From an uncultured Acidobacteriota bacterium (GTDB lineage: Bacteria > Acidobacteriota > Vicinamibacteria > Vicinamibacterales > CAVVIG01): DNA of 64,000 bases. The notes under the pieces are model-generated. The model saw only the letters and a program-made list of their open reading frames with translations, was not told the origin of the DNA and ran no database searches. This document shows, in pieces, positions 9,681 through 17,944 of the stretch (position 1 is the stretch's first letter; each line of letters starts with the position of its first letter). The position numbers and the translations under genes are program-made. The DNA is taken from assembly GCA_902825985.1 (NCBI GenBank), contig CADEDC010000012.1, positions 29,602 through 93,601 of the forward strand, written 5' to 3'.

Positions 9681-9813
9681 GTGCTCGAACTCCGCGTCAC
9701 GCGATGTTGAATCCTGGCACCAGGCGCCTGGCCGGCGTGCTGCGGCAGCGGTCCTGGCTGGACGACGGCCAGCCAGCGCGATGCGCTGACCGGCCGGTCA
9801 TTGGGCATCCGTG

Positions 9814-9869
9814 GTCAGATGTTCACCGTCAGATGTTCGCCGTCAGATATTCGCCGTCAGGGGTTCGTG
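9814..9869. repeat. 4 x 14-nt tandem repeat spanning the stop codon of the molybdopterin-subunit gene
   Basis: The copies are gtcagatgttcacc, gtcagatgttcgcc, gtcagatattcgcc and gtcaggggttcgtg, read directly from the sequence. The gene's stop codon (reverse complement TGA) is at 9843-9845, inside copy 3. Confidence 0.9.
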
Positions 9870-12359
9870 CATGCGGCGCCCATGCTCGAGCGACGTCAGG
9901 ATGATGTCTGCGGTGACGGGTGCGCGGCGGAACACGTCGGGACCGACGGCGTCGGCGATGGCGTTCATCACCGCGGTGAAGCCGGCGCCGACCGGTGCCT
10001 CGCCAATCCCTCGTGCGCCGACCGGTGTCTCCGGATCCGGGACGTCGAGGGCCGCCCACCCCATCGACACCGGGGCGTCGAGAATCGTCGGCGGCTTGGT
10101 CTGATAGAACCGCCGTGCCAGTGGCACGCCGTAGTGCTGGTCGTACACCCAGTGCTGACCGAGCGCGTGGCCGATGCCGAGCATGATGCCGCCGAGCGAC
10201 TGTCCCCGCAGATTGCGCGGGTGGATGACCGTGCCGCAATCGGCGACGCACAGAAAATCGACCAGGTCGTAGTGCCCGGTCTCGACGTCGACCTCGACCT
10301 CGGCGAAGCCCGCGACATACGACTTGGACGCGCCGTCGCGGCCGTAGGCATCGCGCGCCACCCCCATCAATCCCTGGCCGACCAGCGCGGCTGCCGACGC
10401 TTTGGTCGTCGGGTTGATGTTCTCCGGCAGCTCGTGTCCGTCGAACGCGCCACCGAGCTCGATCGCCTTCTGGGCGGCCTGAGCCAGGGTCAGACTGCGG
10501 CTTCCGCTGAATACCCGCTCGCCCTCGACCTGATAGCTGTCGGCCGCGCCGCCGAGCACGCTGGCGGCAACCTGCTGCAGCTTGCGCTTCGCGTCCATGC
10601 CGGCGGCGTGCGCGGCGCGCGTCATCGCGTGCGTCGTCTGGCTGCCGCCCTGGTTGCAGGTATAGGGCAACGACTTCGCGGAGTTGCCCCAGGTGATGAC
10701 CACCTTGTCCCACGCGATTCCGACAATCTCCGCCGCGACGCGGTGGACATCGAACACCGACTCGGTGCCGAGGTTGCCGATGCCGGACTGGACGTACATC
10801 CTGCCGTCCGGCTTGATGACGAACAGTCCGTCGAACCCCATCGAGCCGGCCGAGTAGGCACTGACGCCGACGCCGATGCCGCGAACCTTGGTCCCCTGCC
10901 GCTTGCCGCTGCGCAGCTTGCGCTCGTCCCAGTTGAACAGGCCGGCGCCCTTGTCGAGCGCGTCCTTCAGGAATGCACTGGTCGCGTGCGGGCGCTTGCC
11001 GTCACGTCCGACGGCGCCGAACTCGGCCTTCCCCTCCGGGGCGTTGATCCGATGGAGCGCCACCTGGTCGACGCCCAGTTGCTTGGCGGCCTTGGCCAGG
11101 ATCGGCTCCATCACCCCGTTCCCCTGCATCCCGCCGGGGGCGCGCTGGGCGCCGCGCGGCGGAGTGTTGGTGAGCACGGAGACCGATCGCCAGCGCATCG
11201 CCGGCGGCTGATACGACAACGAGATGTGGTCGCCGGCCGACCGTCCATCGCCGACGATGTCATAGGGGCCGTTGTCGACGATCGCAAGGCCGTCGATCGC
11301 GGTGATCCGGCCGTCCTTCGTGAACCCGACCTTGATGCGCGCATGCAGGGCCGGACGGGCGCGGCCGATGTATTGCTCCTCGTCGCGCGTCACCCGCATC
11401 AGCACCGGCACACCGCCGAGTTTCTTCGACAGCAGCGCCGGGACGACGGTGAAGACCGACGACGACCCCTTGCTGCCAAAGCCGCCGCCGGTGTATTCGC
11501 TGATGATCACGACGTTCGCCGCGTCGACGCCGACCCAGCGTGCCACGGCGCCGATCGTCCGCATCGTGCTCTGGGTCGAGCAGTGCATGTAGAGTTTGCC
11601 GTTCTGCCAGTACGCCATGGCCGACCGGGTCTCGAGCGGCTGGTGACTGGTGTTGGGCAGCACGAAGGTTTCGTCGAGCACCAGATCGGCGGACCGGAAT
11701 CCGGCCTCGACGTCGCCCACCGTCCACTCCTCGGTCGCCCGGCCGAGCGGCAGCTGACCGTCGGCGGCGGCGGCGAAGTCGTCGGCCGTCCACTTGAGCT
11801 CCTCGACCTGGGGATTGGCTGGTGCCGGCGTCGGCGCCGGAGCCTGATTGCCGCGCCCCGCGGTCGACGCAGCCGGCGCCATCGGCCGCACCCAGACGTT
11901 GCCTTCACGGCGGGCGTTCGGACCGTTGGGCCGCAGGCTCTCGATCGGATCGACCACGAACGGCAGTGGCTCGAAGTCGATGACGATCTTCTCGATGGCT
12001 TCGGCGGCCGTCAGTTCGTCGACGGCCGCCACGGCGAGGATCGGCTCGCCTTCGTACAGCGGCTCGTTGGTGAGCCCGCGCTCGCTCAGCAGGCTGGCGA
12101 TGATGCCTTCGCCGAGGTTGGCGCCGGCGACGACGGCCGGCAGATCGGCCTCCGTGAGGATGGCCTTCACGCCCGGCATCGCCTCGGCGGCGCTCGTGTC
12201 GATGCGGCGCACGCGCGCATGTGGCATCGGGCTGAGCAGCAGCTTCGCGAACAGCATGCCGTCGGCGCGGAAGTCCTCTGCGTACTTGGCCTGCCCAGTG
12301 ACCTTCGCCACCAGGTCTGGCGTGCTGTAGTTCTGTCCGACCAACTTTGGATTCGCCAC
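9843..12359 (-). CDS. xanthine dehydrogenase / aldehyde oxidase family molybdopterin-binding subunit
   Basis: 838 aa. The N-terminus MANPKLVGQNYSTPDLVAKVTGQAKYAEDFRADGMLFAKLLLSPMPHARVRRID and later blocks (GGGFGSK, GIGEAPVGA) are characteristic of this family. There is no Tat or Sec signal. Confidence 0.9.
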   Translation of the reverse strand: MANPKLVGQNYSTPDLVAKVTGQAKYAEDFRADGMLFAKLLLSPMPHARVRRIDTSAAEAMPGVKAILTEADLPAVVAGANLGEGIIASLLSERGLTNEPLYEGEPILAVAAVDELTAAEAIEKIVIDFEPLPFVVDPIESLRPNGPNARREGNVWVRPMAPAASTAGRGNQAPAPTPAPANPQVEELKWTADDFAAAADGQLPLGRATEEWTVGDVEAGFRSADLVLDETFVLPNTSHQPLETRSAMAYWQNGKLYMHCSTQSTMRTIGAVARWVGVDAANVVIISEYTGGGFGSKGSSSVFTVVPALLSKKLGGVPVLMRVTRDEEQYIGRARPALHARIKVGFTKDGRITAIDGLAIVDNGPYDIVGDGRSAGDHISLSYQPPAMRWRSVSVLTNTPPRGAQRAPGGMQGNGVMEPILAKAAKQLGVDQVALHRINAPEGKAEFGAVGRDGKRPHATSAFLKDALDKGAGLFNWDERKLRSGKRQGTKVRGIGVGVSAYSAGSMGFDGLFVIKPDGRMYVQSGIGNLGTESVFDVHRVAAEIVGIAWDKVVITWGNSAKSLPYTCNQGGSQTTHAMTRAAHAAGMDAKRKLQQVAASVLGGAADSYQVEGERVFSGSRSLTLAQAAQKAIELGGAFDGHELPENINPTTKASAAALVGQGLMGVARDAYGRDGASKSYVAGFAEVEVDVETGHYDLVDFLCVADCGTVIHPRNLRGQSLGGIMLGIGHALGQHWVYDQHYGVPLARRFYQTKPPTILDAPVSMGWAALDVPDPETPVGARGIGEAPVGAGFTAVMNAIADAVGPDVFRRAPVTADIILTSLEHGRRMHEPLTANI

Positions 12360-12395
12360 GTCGCTCCCTCCATGCTGGCGCGCGCTGCGGCGCGA

Positions 12396-13370
12396 CTAAC
12401 GTTGCGATGGGGTGTTCTGCCCTTGCCGTTCTTCGTAGCGATGACCGCGGAGCACGCCTTCGAGCCCGTGGTTGCCCTCGTGGCAGGCGTACTCGTAAAT
12501 CGGTCCGGCCGCCCTGGTCAGCGGCAGCACGGCCGTCCACGGACGCGTGTACATGGACGGATTCTCAATCGTAAACCGATAGTCGATGGCGGTGGCCGAG
12601 GTCCGGCGGAAGCGTTCGACCACCTTCAGCGTCGCATGATCGACCGGAAATCGGAAGGTCGTGTCCGGACGATAGCCGGTCGTTTCCACCACGAGCGTGT
12701 CGCCCTCCCAGTGGCCGCGCGAATTGCCGATCCACTGCGTCAGCTTCGGGTCGAGATGCGGGCGGCGGTCGAGCGGGATGATCCGCGTCTCGGCCATCAT
12801 CTCGTAGCGAATCGCGACATGGTCGGGTGTCTGCACGACCAGGTAGTTGTTGTTGTAGCCGGTCGGCATCGGCGGGACGCCGTGGTAGACGAGGCAGCGT
12901 TCCTGCAGAGGCCGGTCGGTGTACGAATCCGCCGGGCCGCGCCGGGCCCGCGCCGCGGTGCGCTGCGCCACCAGCGCCTGCCCGGCCGGCGTCAGCGGCG
13001 GCAGCCGGCCGTTCGCCGGATCGACAATCAGCGAGGTGCGCTTGAGCGGCGTGCCGCGATCCCACCATTCGTTGTCATACGCCAGCTCGACGTCGGCGGC
13101 GGCACTGGCCGGACGGCTGGCGGCACGATTGGCCACTTCGTCGGCGCGCTGCTTCCACTCCGCATCGGTCAGGAATTCCTTGTCGGCCAGATCGGTCGGG
13201 CGCTCGAGCGGCGTCGGCGTGCCGTTGTCCCAGATGCCCTGCAGATCGGGATCGCCCCACGGCGTCTTCGCCGTGTAGCCGGCCGGCGCCCCGGACTGAC
13301 CGGCGAGCGGCGCCAGCCAGGCCAGCGCCACCGCGACCACCACCGCACCCGTGAAGGCAGACGTTCGCAT
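12396..13370 (-). CDS. secreted protein of unknown function (paralog B of the PDL-GIW family)
   Basis: ATG at 13370 is preceded by GGAGG 5 nt upstream. Signal peptide MRTSAFTGAVVVAVALAWLAPLAGQ. It shares the motifs GDPDLQGIW, WEGDTLVVE and ENPSMYTRPWT with the upstream gene. Confidence 0.7.
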   Translation of the reverse strand: MRTSAFTGAVVVAVALAWLAPLAGQSGAPAGYTAKTPWGDPDLQGIWDNGTPTPLERPTDLADKEFLTDAEWKQRADEVANRAASRPASAAADVELAYDNEWWDRGTPLKRTSLIVDPANGRLPPLTPAGQALVAQRTAARARRGPADSYTDRPLQERCLVYHGVPPMPTGYNNNYLVVQTPDHVAIRYEMMAETRIIPLDRRPHLDPKLTQWIGNSRGHWEGDTLVVETTGYRPDTTFRFPVDHATLKVVERFRRTSATAIDYRFTIENPSMYTRPWTAVLPLTRAAGPIYEYACHEGNHGLEGVLRGHRYEERQGQNTPSQR

Positions 13371-13406
13371 GTGTTCCTCCAACCCGCCGTGATCAGACTC
13401 GATGCG

Positions 13407-14267
13407 CTACTGCGCGGAGCGCTTCGTCAGGTGACCGTACATCAGCTCCTCGGCGAATTCGACGCACTTGAATTCCAGGAGCTGCGCGTTTACGTCGACG
13501 CGGCGGTAGAGCGGCATCCGCACCGTCCACGGCCTCGTGAACACCTTCGGGTCCTCGATCGTCGCTTCGTAGAGCAGATGGTCGGGACCGGTGCGCGTGT
13601 AACGTTCGACGAGGTGCAACTGCTCGCTGTGGAAATTGCCCGCCGCATCGAACCACGTCTGATCGTTGAAGCCCTTGACGTCGACGACCAGCGTCTCGCC
13701 GTCCCAGCGGGCGTTCGACCAGCCCATCCAGGTGTCCAGCGGACTCTCGTCCCTGCCGTTCACATAGAGCGTGCGACTCGCCGCGGCGAACTCGTACGCC
13801 AGCAGGATGTGCTCGGCGCCCTGCACGATCTGAAACGGAAACGGCATGTAGGTGGCCCGCGGCACGCCCGGGAGGTAGCACTTGATGGCCGGGTCGCGCT
13901 CGACGACATGCGCCGCATTCTCGTCCCGCTGTTTCAGCGCCCACGGCTGATAGGGAATCGCGCCGCCATCGACCACGCCGATGCCGGCCGGCACCGCGCC
14001 AAGCGCACCGAGGGTCGCGACGGGGCCGGCTTTCGCTGCGTGGTCCTCGAGGTTCCAGTGCGCGGTATTCACCGCCTGCCAGATGCCGCTGAGATCCGGG
14101 TGACCGTCAGCCGCGCGCGGCGCGCGATAGGCTCCGGCCGCCCCCTGCGCGGACGCCGGCGCCTCGGCGCCGATGAACAGCGCGAACACGGCGGCGATGA
14201 CGAGCGCCGCGAGCGCGACACTCACGGAGAGCAACACCGGGCGGGAACTCGTGGCTCGATTGGGCAT
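13407..14267 (-). CDS. secreted or membrane-anchored protein of unknown function (paralog A of the PDL-GIW family)
   Basis: N-terminal hydrophobic anchor VLLSVSVALAALVIAAVFALFIG. The motifs GHPDLSGIW, WDGETLVVD and EDPKVFTRPWT parallel those of the downstream paralog. GC3 is high. Confidence 0.7.
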   Translation of the reverse strand: MPNRATSSRPVLLSVSVALAALVIAAVFALFIGAEAPASAQGAAGAYRAPRAADGHPDLSGIWQAVNTAHWNLEDHAAKAGPVATLGALGAVPAGIGVVDGGAIPYQPWALKQRDENAAHVVERDPAIKCYLPGVPRATYMPFPFQIVQGAEHILLAYEFAAASRTLYVNGRDESPLDTWMGWSNARWDGETLVVDVKGFNDQTWFDAAGNFHSEQLHLVERYTRTGPDHLLYEATIEDPKVFTRPWTVRMPLYRRVDVNAQLLEFKCVEFAEELMYGHLTKRSAQ

Positions 14268-14451
14268 GGCACCTCACGCTCGCGGCCGACGGCCGTGGCG
14301 CGCCTAGGGTAATACGGGACCACGGCGGCCGGCCGGAGAAAGTTCGAGAAATCTGGCACCCGGCGGCCGGCCGTGGCGTCGCCGGCTTGGCGCGGTCGGG
14401 CGGAACTCGCGGCCCAGCCGGACGCCGGCCCGGCCGGGGCAGGCGACGGCG

Positions 14452-15360
14452 CTACGACGGCTCGGCGTCCTCGGCCAGATCGAAGCCGAGCGGGCCGGCG
14501 TCGGCGGTCACGCTGGTGACCGGCTGGCCACGGCGGCGCGCCCGGACGGCGCGCGCCTCGGCGTAGAGGCGCGCCGGCACCGGCTGCACGTCCCATGCGA
14601 GCCCGACCGCCGCCATCGCGCGGATGACATACCAGGTCGGATCGAACTCCCACCAGTAGAACCCGTTGCGGGCGGCGCGCTGATAGCGGTGGTGATTGTT
14701 GTGCCAGCCTTCGCCGACCGCGAAGAACGCGGTGACCGGATTGTTGCGCGACTCGTCGATGGTCTCGAAGCGCCGCGATCCGAACAGGTGGTTCACGGTG
14801 TTGATCGCGAAGGTCGCGTGGGCGAGCGTCACCGTCGGCAGGCAGAAGCCCCAGACCAGCCACGGCAGGCCGCCGGTCGCGTACAAGGCGAGCGCCAGCC
14901 CGAGCGGCGGGATGAAGAAGTAGCGATCGAGGAACGCGATCTCCGGGAACTTCGAGAAGTCGCGGATGACCGGATTGCTGGCTTCGAGCGTGTCGTGCCT
15001 GGCGTCGTTGAGGAACCAGCCGATGTGTGCGTAGTACACGCCGCTCACCCACGGGCTGTGCGGATCGCCGTCGCGATCGGCGAAGCGATGGTGATTGACG
15101 TGATGCCCGGCCCACCAGAGCGGCCCTTTCTGCATGGCCGACGTGCCGATCGCGGCCCAGACGAAACGCGCCGCGCGCGGCATCTGGAACGCGCGGTGGG
15201 CGAAGTGGCGATGGAAGGCGAGGGTGAGACCGATGGCGCGGAGAAAGTGCGACGCCGCCCACATGGCGACGAGCGGCCAGGCGAATGGGACGAAGAAGAC
15301 CAGGAGGGCGGACGCCTGGACGGTCCAGAACACCAGGACCGTCAGCTGTTTCGTGCGCAA
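14452..15360 (-). CDS. membrane acyl-CoA (delta-9-type) fatty-acid desaturase
   Basis: Three His boxes are present: HRHFAHRAF, HHVNHHRFADRDGDPHSP and GEGWHNNHHRYQRAARNG. The N-terminus has TM helices. Confidence 0.9.
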   Translation of the reverse strand: MRTKQLTVLVFWTVQASALLVFFVPFAWPLVAMWAASHFLRAIGLTLAFHRHFAHRAFQMPRAARFVWAAIGTSAMQKGPLWWAGHHVNHHRFADRDGDPHSPWVSGVYYAHIGWFLNDARHDTLEASNPVIRDFSKFPEIAFLDRYFFIPPLGLALALYATGGLPWLVWGFCLPTVTLAHATFAINTVNHLFGSRRFETIDESRNNPVTAFFAVGEGWHNNHHRYQRAARNGFYWWEFDPTWYVIRAMAAVGLAWDVQPVPARLYAEARAVRARRRGQPVTSVTADAGPLGFDLAEDAEPS

Positions 15361-15375
15361 CGGTGGGTTCGCTCC

Positions 15376-15600
15376 TCAGCCCTCTTCTTCGTACTCTTCC
15401 TCCTCGGGCGGGCCAAGCCGCGTCGAGGGACGGAGTGCCTCGCGGTAATCGTAGAGCGGCAGATCACGCACGTGCAGGGAGAGCGCGCAGGCCGGCGACT
15501 TCTCGTCCACCACGACGGTGACCGGACTTCCCTCCACGCCTTCGCGGAAGGTGATGCGACAGCCGCATGCGAGCCGGGCGTGGGTGAAGCCTTTCAGCAT
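15376..15600 (-). CDS. small hypothetical protein with a Cys pair and an acidic tail
   Basis: 74 aa with high GC3. It lies 15 nt upstream of the desaturase. The sequence is MLKGFTHARLACGCRITF...PPEEEEYEEEG. I recognise no family. Confidence 0.5.
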   Translation of the reverse strand: MLKGFTHARLACGCRITFREGVEGSPVTVVVDEKSPACALSLHVRDLPLYDYREALRPSTRLGPPEEEEYEEEG

Positions 15601-15697
15601 TGCCCGATCATCATAGCACGGGGTGGCGCCCGCGGGCGGCCGCGCCCGCTCGGGTCAGCGGGCCGCGCGGGTGTGTGCGAGGACGGGCGACGGCCGG

Positions 15698-16285
15698 TTA
15701 CAGCAAGGCCTTGATTTGCTGCTCGAACGTCTCCTTGTCGGTGAGCCCGGTGTGGCGCGCACACACCTTCCCGTCGCGCGAGATGACCACCGACACCGGA
15801 ATGCCGAACATCGGTCCGTAGGCGTCGAGCAGGTCGTCGTGGCCGAGTCCCTGCAGGACCGGATAGTTCATCTTCATCTCGGCCACGTACGGCTTGAGCT
15901 TGTCGGCCGTGTCATCGACCGAAACGCCGATGACCTGGAAGCCGTCCTTGCCGTATCGCTCCTGCAGTTCGATGAAGCCCGGAATCTCGACCTTGCACGG
16001 ACCGCACCACGTCGCCCAGAAATCGAGCAACACGACCTTGCCCTTGTAGTCGGCGAGCGAGACCGGCGCATCGTCGACGTTCTTGAGCGTGAAGTCGAGC
16101 GTGGCGGCCGGCGCATCGGCCGGGCACGCTCCGGCGGGCGGCGGCGTGGCGGCCGCGGTGGTCGGGGCATCGGCGGGACGACGCGCGCCCGGCAGGCCGG
16201 ATCCGGCGATCAACCACGCGAGCGCGCCGACGCCGGCCACTGCCACGCCCCAACGGACATACGCCATCATCATCCTTCTCCCCAT
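15698..16285 (-). CDS. TlpA-family periplasmic thiol:disulfide oxidoreductase (thioredoxin fold)
   Basis: N-terminal membrane anchor, and the WCGPC active site in FWATWCGPCKVEIPGFIELQERYGKDGFQVIGVSVDD. Confidence 0.9.
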   Translation of the reverse strand: MGRRMMMAYVRWGVAVAGVGALAWLIAGSGLPGARRPADAPTTAAATPPPAGACPADAPAATLDFTLKNVDDAPVSLADYKGKVVLLDFWATWCGPCKVEIPGFIELQERYGKDGFQVIGVSVDDTADKLKPYVAEMKMNYPVLQGLGHDDLLDAYGPMFGIPVSVVISRDGKVCARHTGLTDKETFEQQIKALL

Positions 16286-16293
16286 CTGCCCGG

Positions 16294-17097
16294 CTATCGC
16301 AGCGACGCCTGGACCATCGTGGCGATCTTCTCGACGTCGGCGCGCGGCGCCTTCGCGATGAGCACGAACGTGCGTCCGGCGTCCGCCCAGATGACGGCGT
16401 CGTGCCCCAAGGTGTGCACCAGGTTCCGCTCGTACTCGACACCGGGCAGCATGAAAATCGACACCGGCAGCCCGCGGTGCCGGTACATGATATGCGCGAC
16501 CTTGCCGTGTTCATAGAAGCACGGGCGCGCGCCGACGACTTCCAGATCCTCGTGCGGCGCCGGGGCGGGTGCCGGCTCGTGCTCGGGCAGCGTCGCCTGC
16601 CAGTCGAAGCCCGACCGCAGGTAGGCCTCGACCTCGGCCACCGACTCGTGCGTGTGCAGCACGTTGTTGACCATGAAGCACTTCATGTGGTCGGCGGTGA
16701 GCTCGGCGGCCATCGCCCGGGTTGCGCCGACGGTGGCGCGATAGGCGACGGCGCCGCCGACGACGAGCAGGAACATCGCGGCCACCGCGAGGCGGCGATC
16801 GCGCCAGGCGCGGCGGGCGCCGACGGCGGCGGCGGCCGTCGCCGCCGGGAACCGCACGACGGGCGGCGCGGGCCGCCCGGCCTGGACCGCCTGGCGCAGC
16901 GACTGAGGCACCCGGGCTCGGTGCAACTCGGCCTTGCTCCGGCGCAGCAGGTGGCAGACGGAGCGCTCGGCCGTCACCCGCATCCGACAGGGCTCGCAGG
17001 CCTGCAGGTGCTGCTCGACCCGTGCGCAGTCGTGCGCCGCCAGTTCTCCGTCGATGTACGGCGTGACGAGCGGATCGATCTGATCGCAGTTAGACAT
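16294..17097 (-). CDS. membrane anti-sigma factor (zf-HC2 type)
   Basis: The N-terminal H-x3-C-x2-C motif ([15 protein letters not shown]) is followed by a TM helix [17 protein letters not shown] and a periplasmic domain. It overlaps the sigma-factor gene by 8 nt. Confidence 0.8.
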   Translation of the reverse strand: MSNCDQIDPLVTPYIDGELAAHDCARVEQHLQACEPCRMRVTAERSVCHLLRRSKAELHRARVPQSLRQAVQAGRPAPPVVRFPAATAAAAVGARRAWRDRRLAVAAMFLLVVGGAVAYRATVGATRAMAAELTADHMKCFMVNNVLHTHESVAEVEAYLRSGFDWQATLPEHEPAPAPAPHEDLEVVGARPCFYEHGKVAHIMYRHRGLPVSIFMLPGVEYERNLVHTLGHDAVIWADAGRTFVLIAKAPRADVEKIATMVQASLR

Positions 17098-17680
17098 GTG
17101 CAGGCTTCACAGGATTGAGACGCTCGAACAACAGCCGGCGCCCCCGGGAAATGCGTGACATGACCGTCCCGATCGGCACGTCGAGCATGGCGGCGATTTC
17201 CGCATAGGAAAACTCTTCCACGTCCCGTAACCAGACCGCCTGGCGAAAGGCGTCGGGCAGGTCATCCACGGCGGCCTGCAGTTCCGGCCCGAGGACGTCG
17301 CGCAGGAGCAGCGATTCGGGCGTCTCGCCGCGCCGCGACGGCAGGTCGGCTGCCCGCTCGACCACCTCGCTGTCGGCCGTCACCGGTGCGCGCGCACGGT
17401 CGCGCGCGCGATTGCGAAACGTGTTGTGGAGGATGGTGTACAGCCAGGCGCGCAGGTTGGTGCCCGGGGCGAACGAATCGGCGGCGCGAAACGCCTTGAG
17501 ATACGTATCCTGCACCAGATCCTCGGCATCCTCCGACCGCCGCGTGAGCCGCAGGGCGGTCCTGTACAAGCCATCGAGCGACGCCAGGGCGTCTCGTTCG
17601 AACGCGTCTACGTCCGCCCGCCGAGCCGACCCGTCGTCGGCCACGGCCGGCACCGGTGCCTTGGCCTTCGTCATGCGCAC
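17090..17680 (-). CDS. ECF-type RNA polymerase sigma factor
   Basis: Region 2 ([17 protein letters not shown]...[16 protein letters not shown]) and region 4 ([28 protein letters not shown]). Confidence 0.9.
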   Translation of the reverse strand: MRMTKAKAPVPAVADDGSARRADVDAFERDALASLDGLYRTALRLTRRSEDAEDLVQDTYLKAFRAADSFAPGTNLRAWLYTILHNTFRNRARDRARAPVTADSEVVERAADLPSRRGETPESLLLRDVLGPELQAAVDDLPDAFRQAVWLRDVEEFSYAEIAAMLDVPIGTVMSRISRGRRLLFERLNPVKPAHV

Positions 17681-17944
17681 TGCAGCGGTGCCAGCAGGGG
17701 TAAACCCCGCGGCCCGCCCGGATATTCCCGCCGTTCCGGGGCCACGGCCGGTCGCCGCCGCCCCCGCCCGAGTATAGCGTGTCGCCGGCAGGGGTCACGG
17801 GAGTGGCGCTCGGCGAGGACACCTCGACGCGAACGCCCGTAAACCGCCCGCTCTGCAGAGGATCGCCGTTTGCAGGGCCCGCACCGTCACAGTAAGATCG
17901 CGTTCGCGTCGTCAGAATTCGCGTTCCCTCCGAGGTACTTGCTT

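Noticed and set aside
9715-9733. A TGGCAC followed by the palindrome CCAGGCGCCTGG in the sRNA-candidate gap.
   Set aside because: There is no TTGC at the -12 position and no plus-strand gene downstream. It might be a small hairpin or a restriction-site-like palindrome, but there is no support for a promoter.
9801-14312. A 1503-aa plus-strand ORF, the longest in the window.
   Set aside because: It runs antisense across three well-supported minus-strand genes: the Mo subunit and the two PDL-GIW paralogs. Its translation is an Arg/Gly/Ala/Pro-rich, low-information sequence with no recognisable motif. This is the typical stop-codon-poor antisense frame of a high-GC genome.
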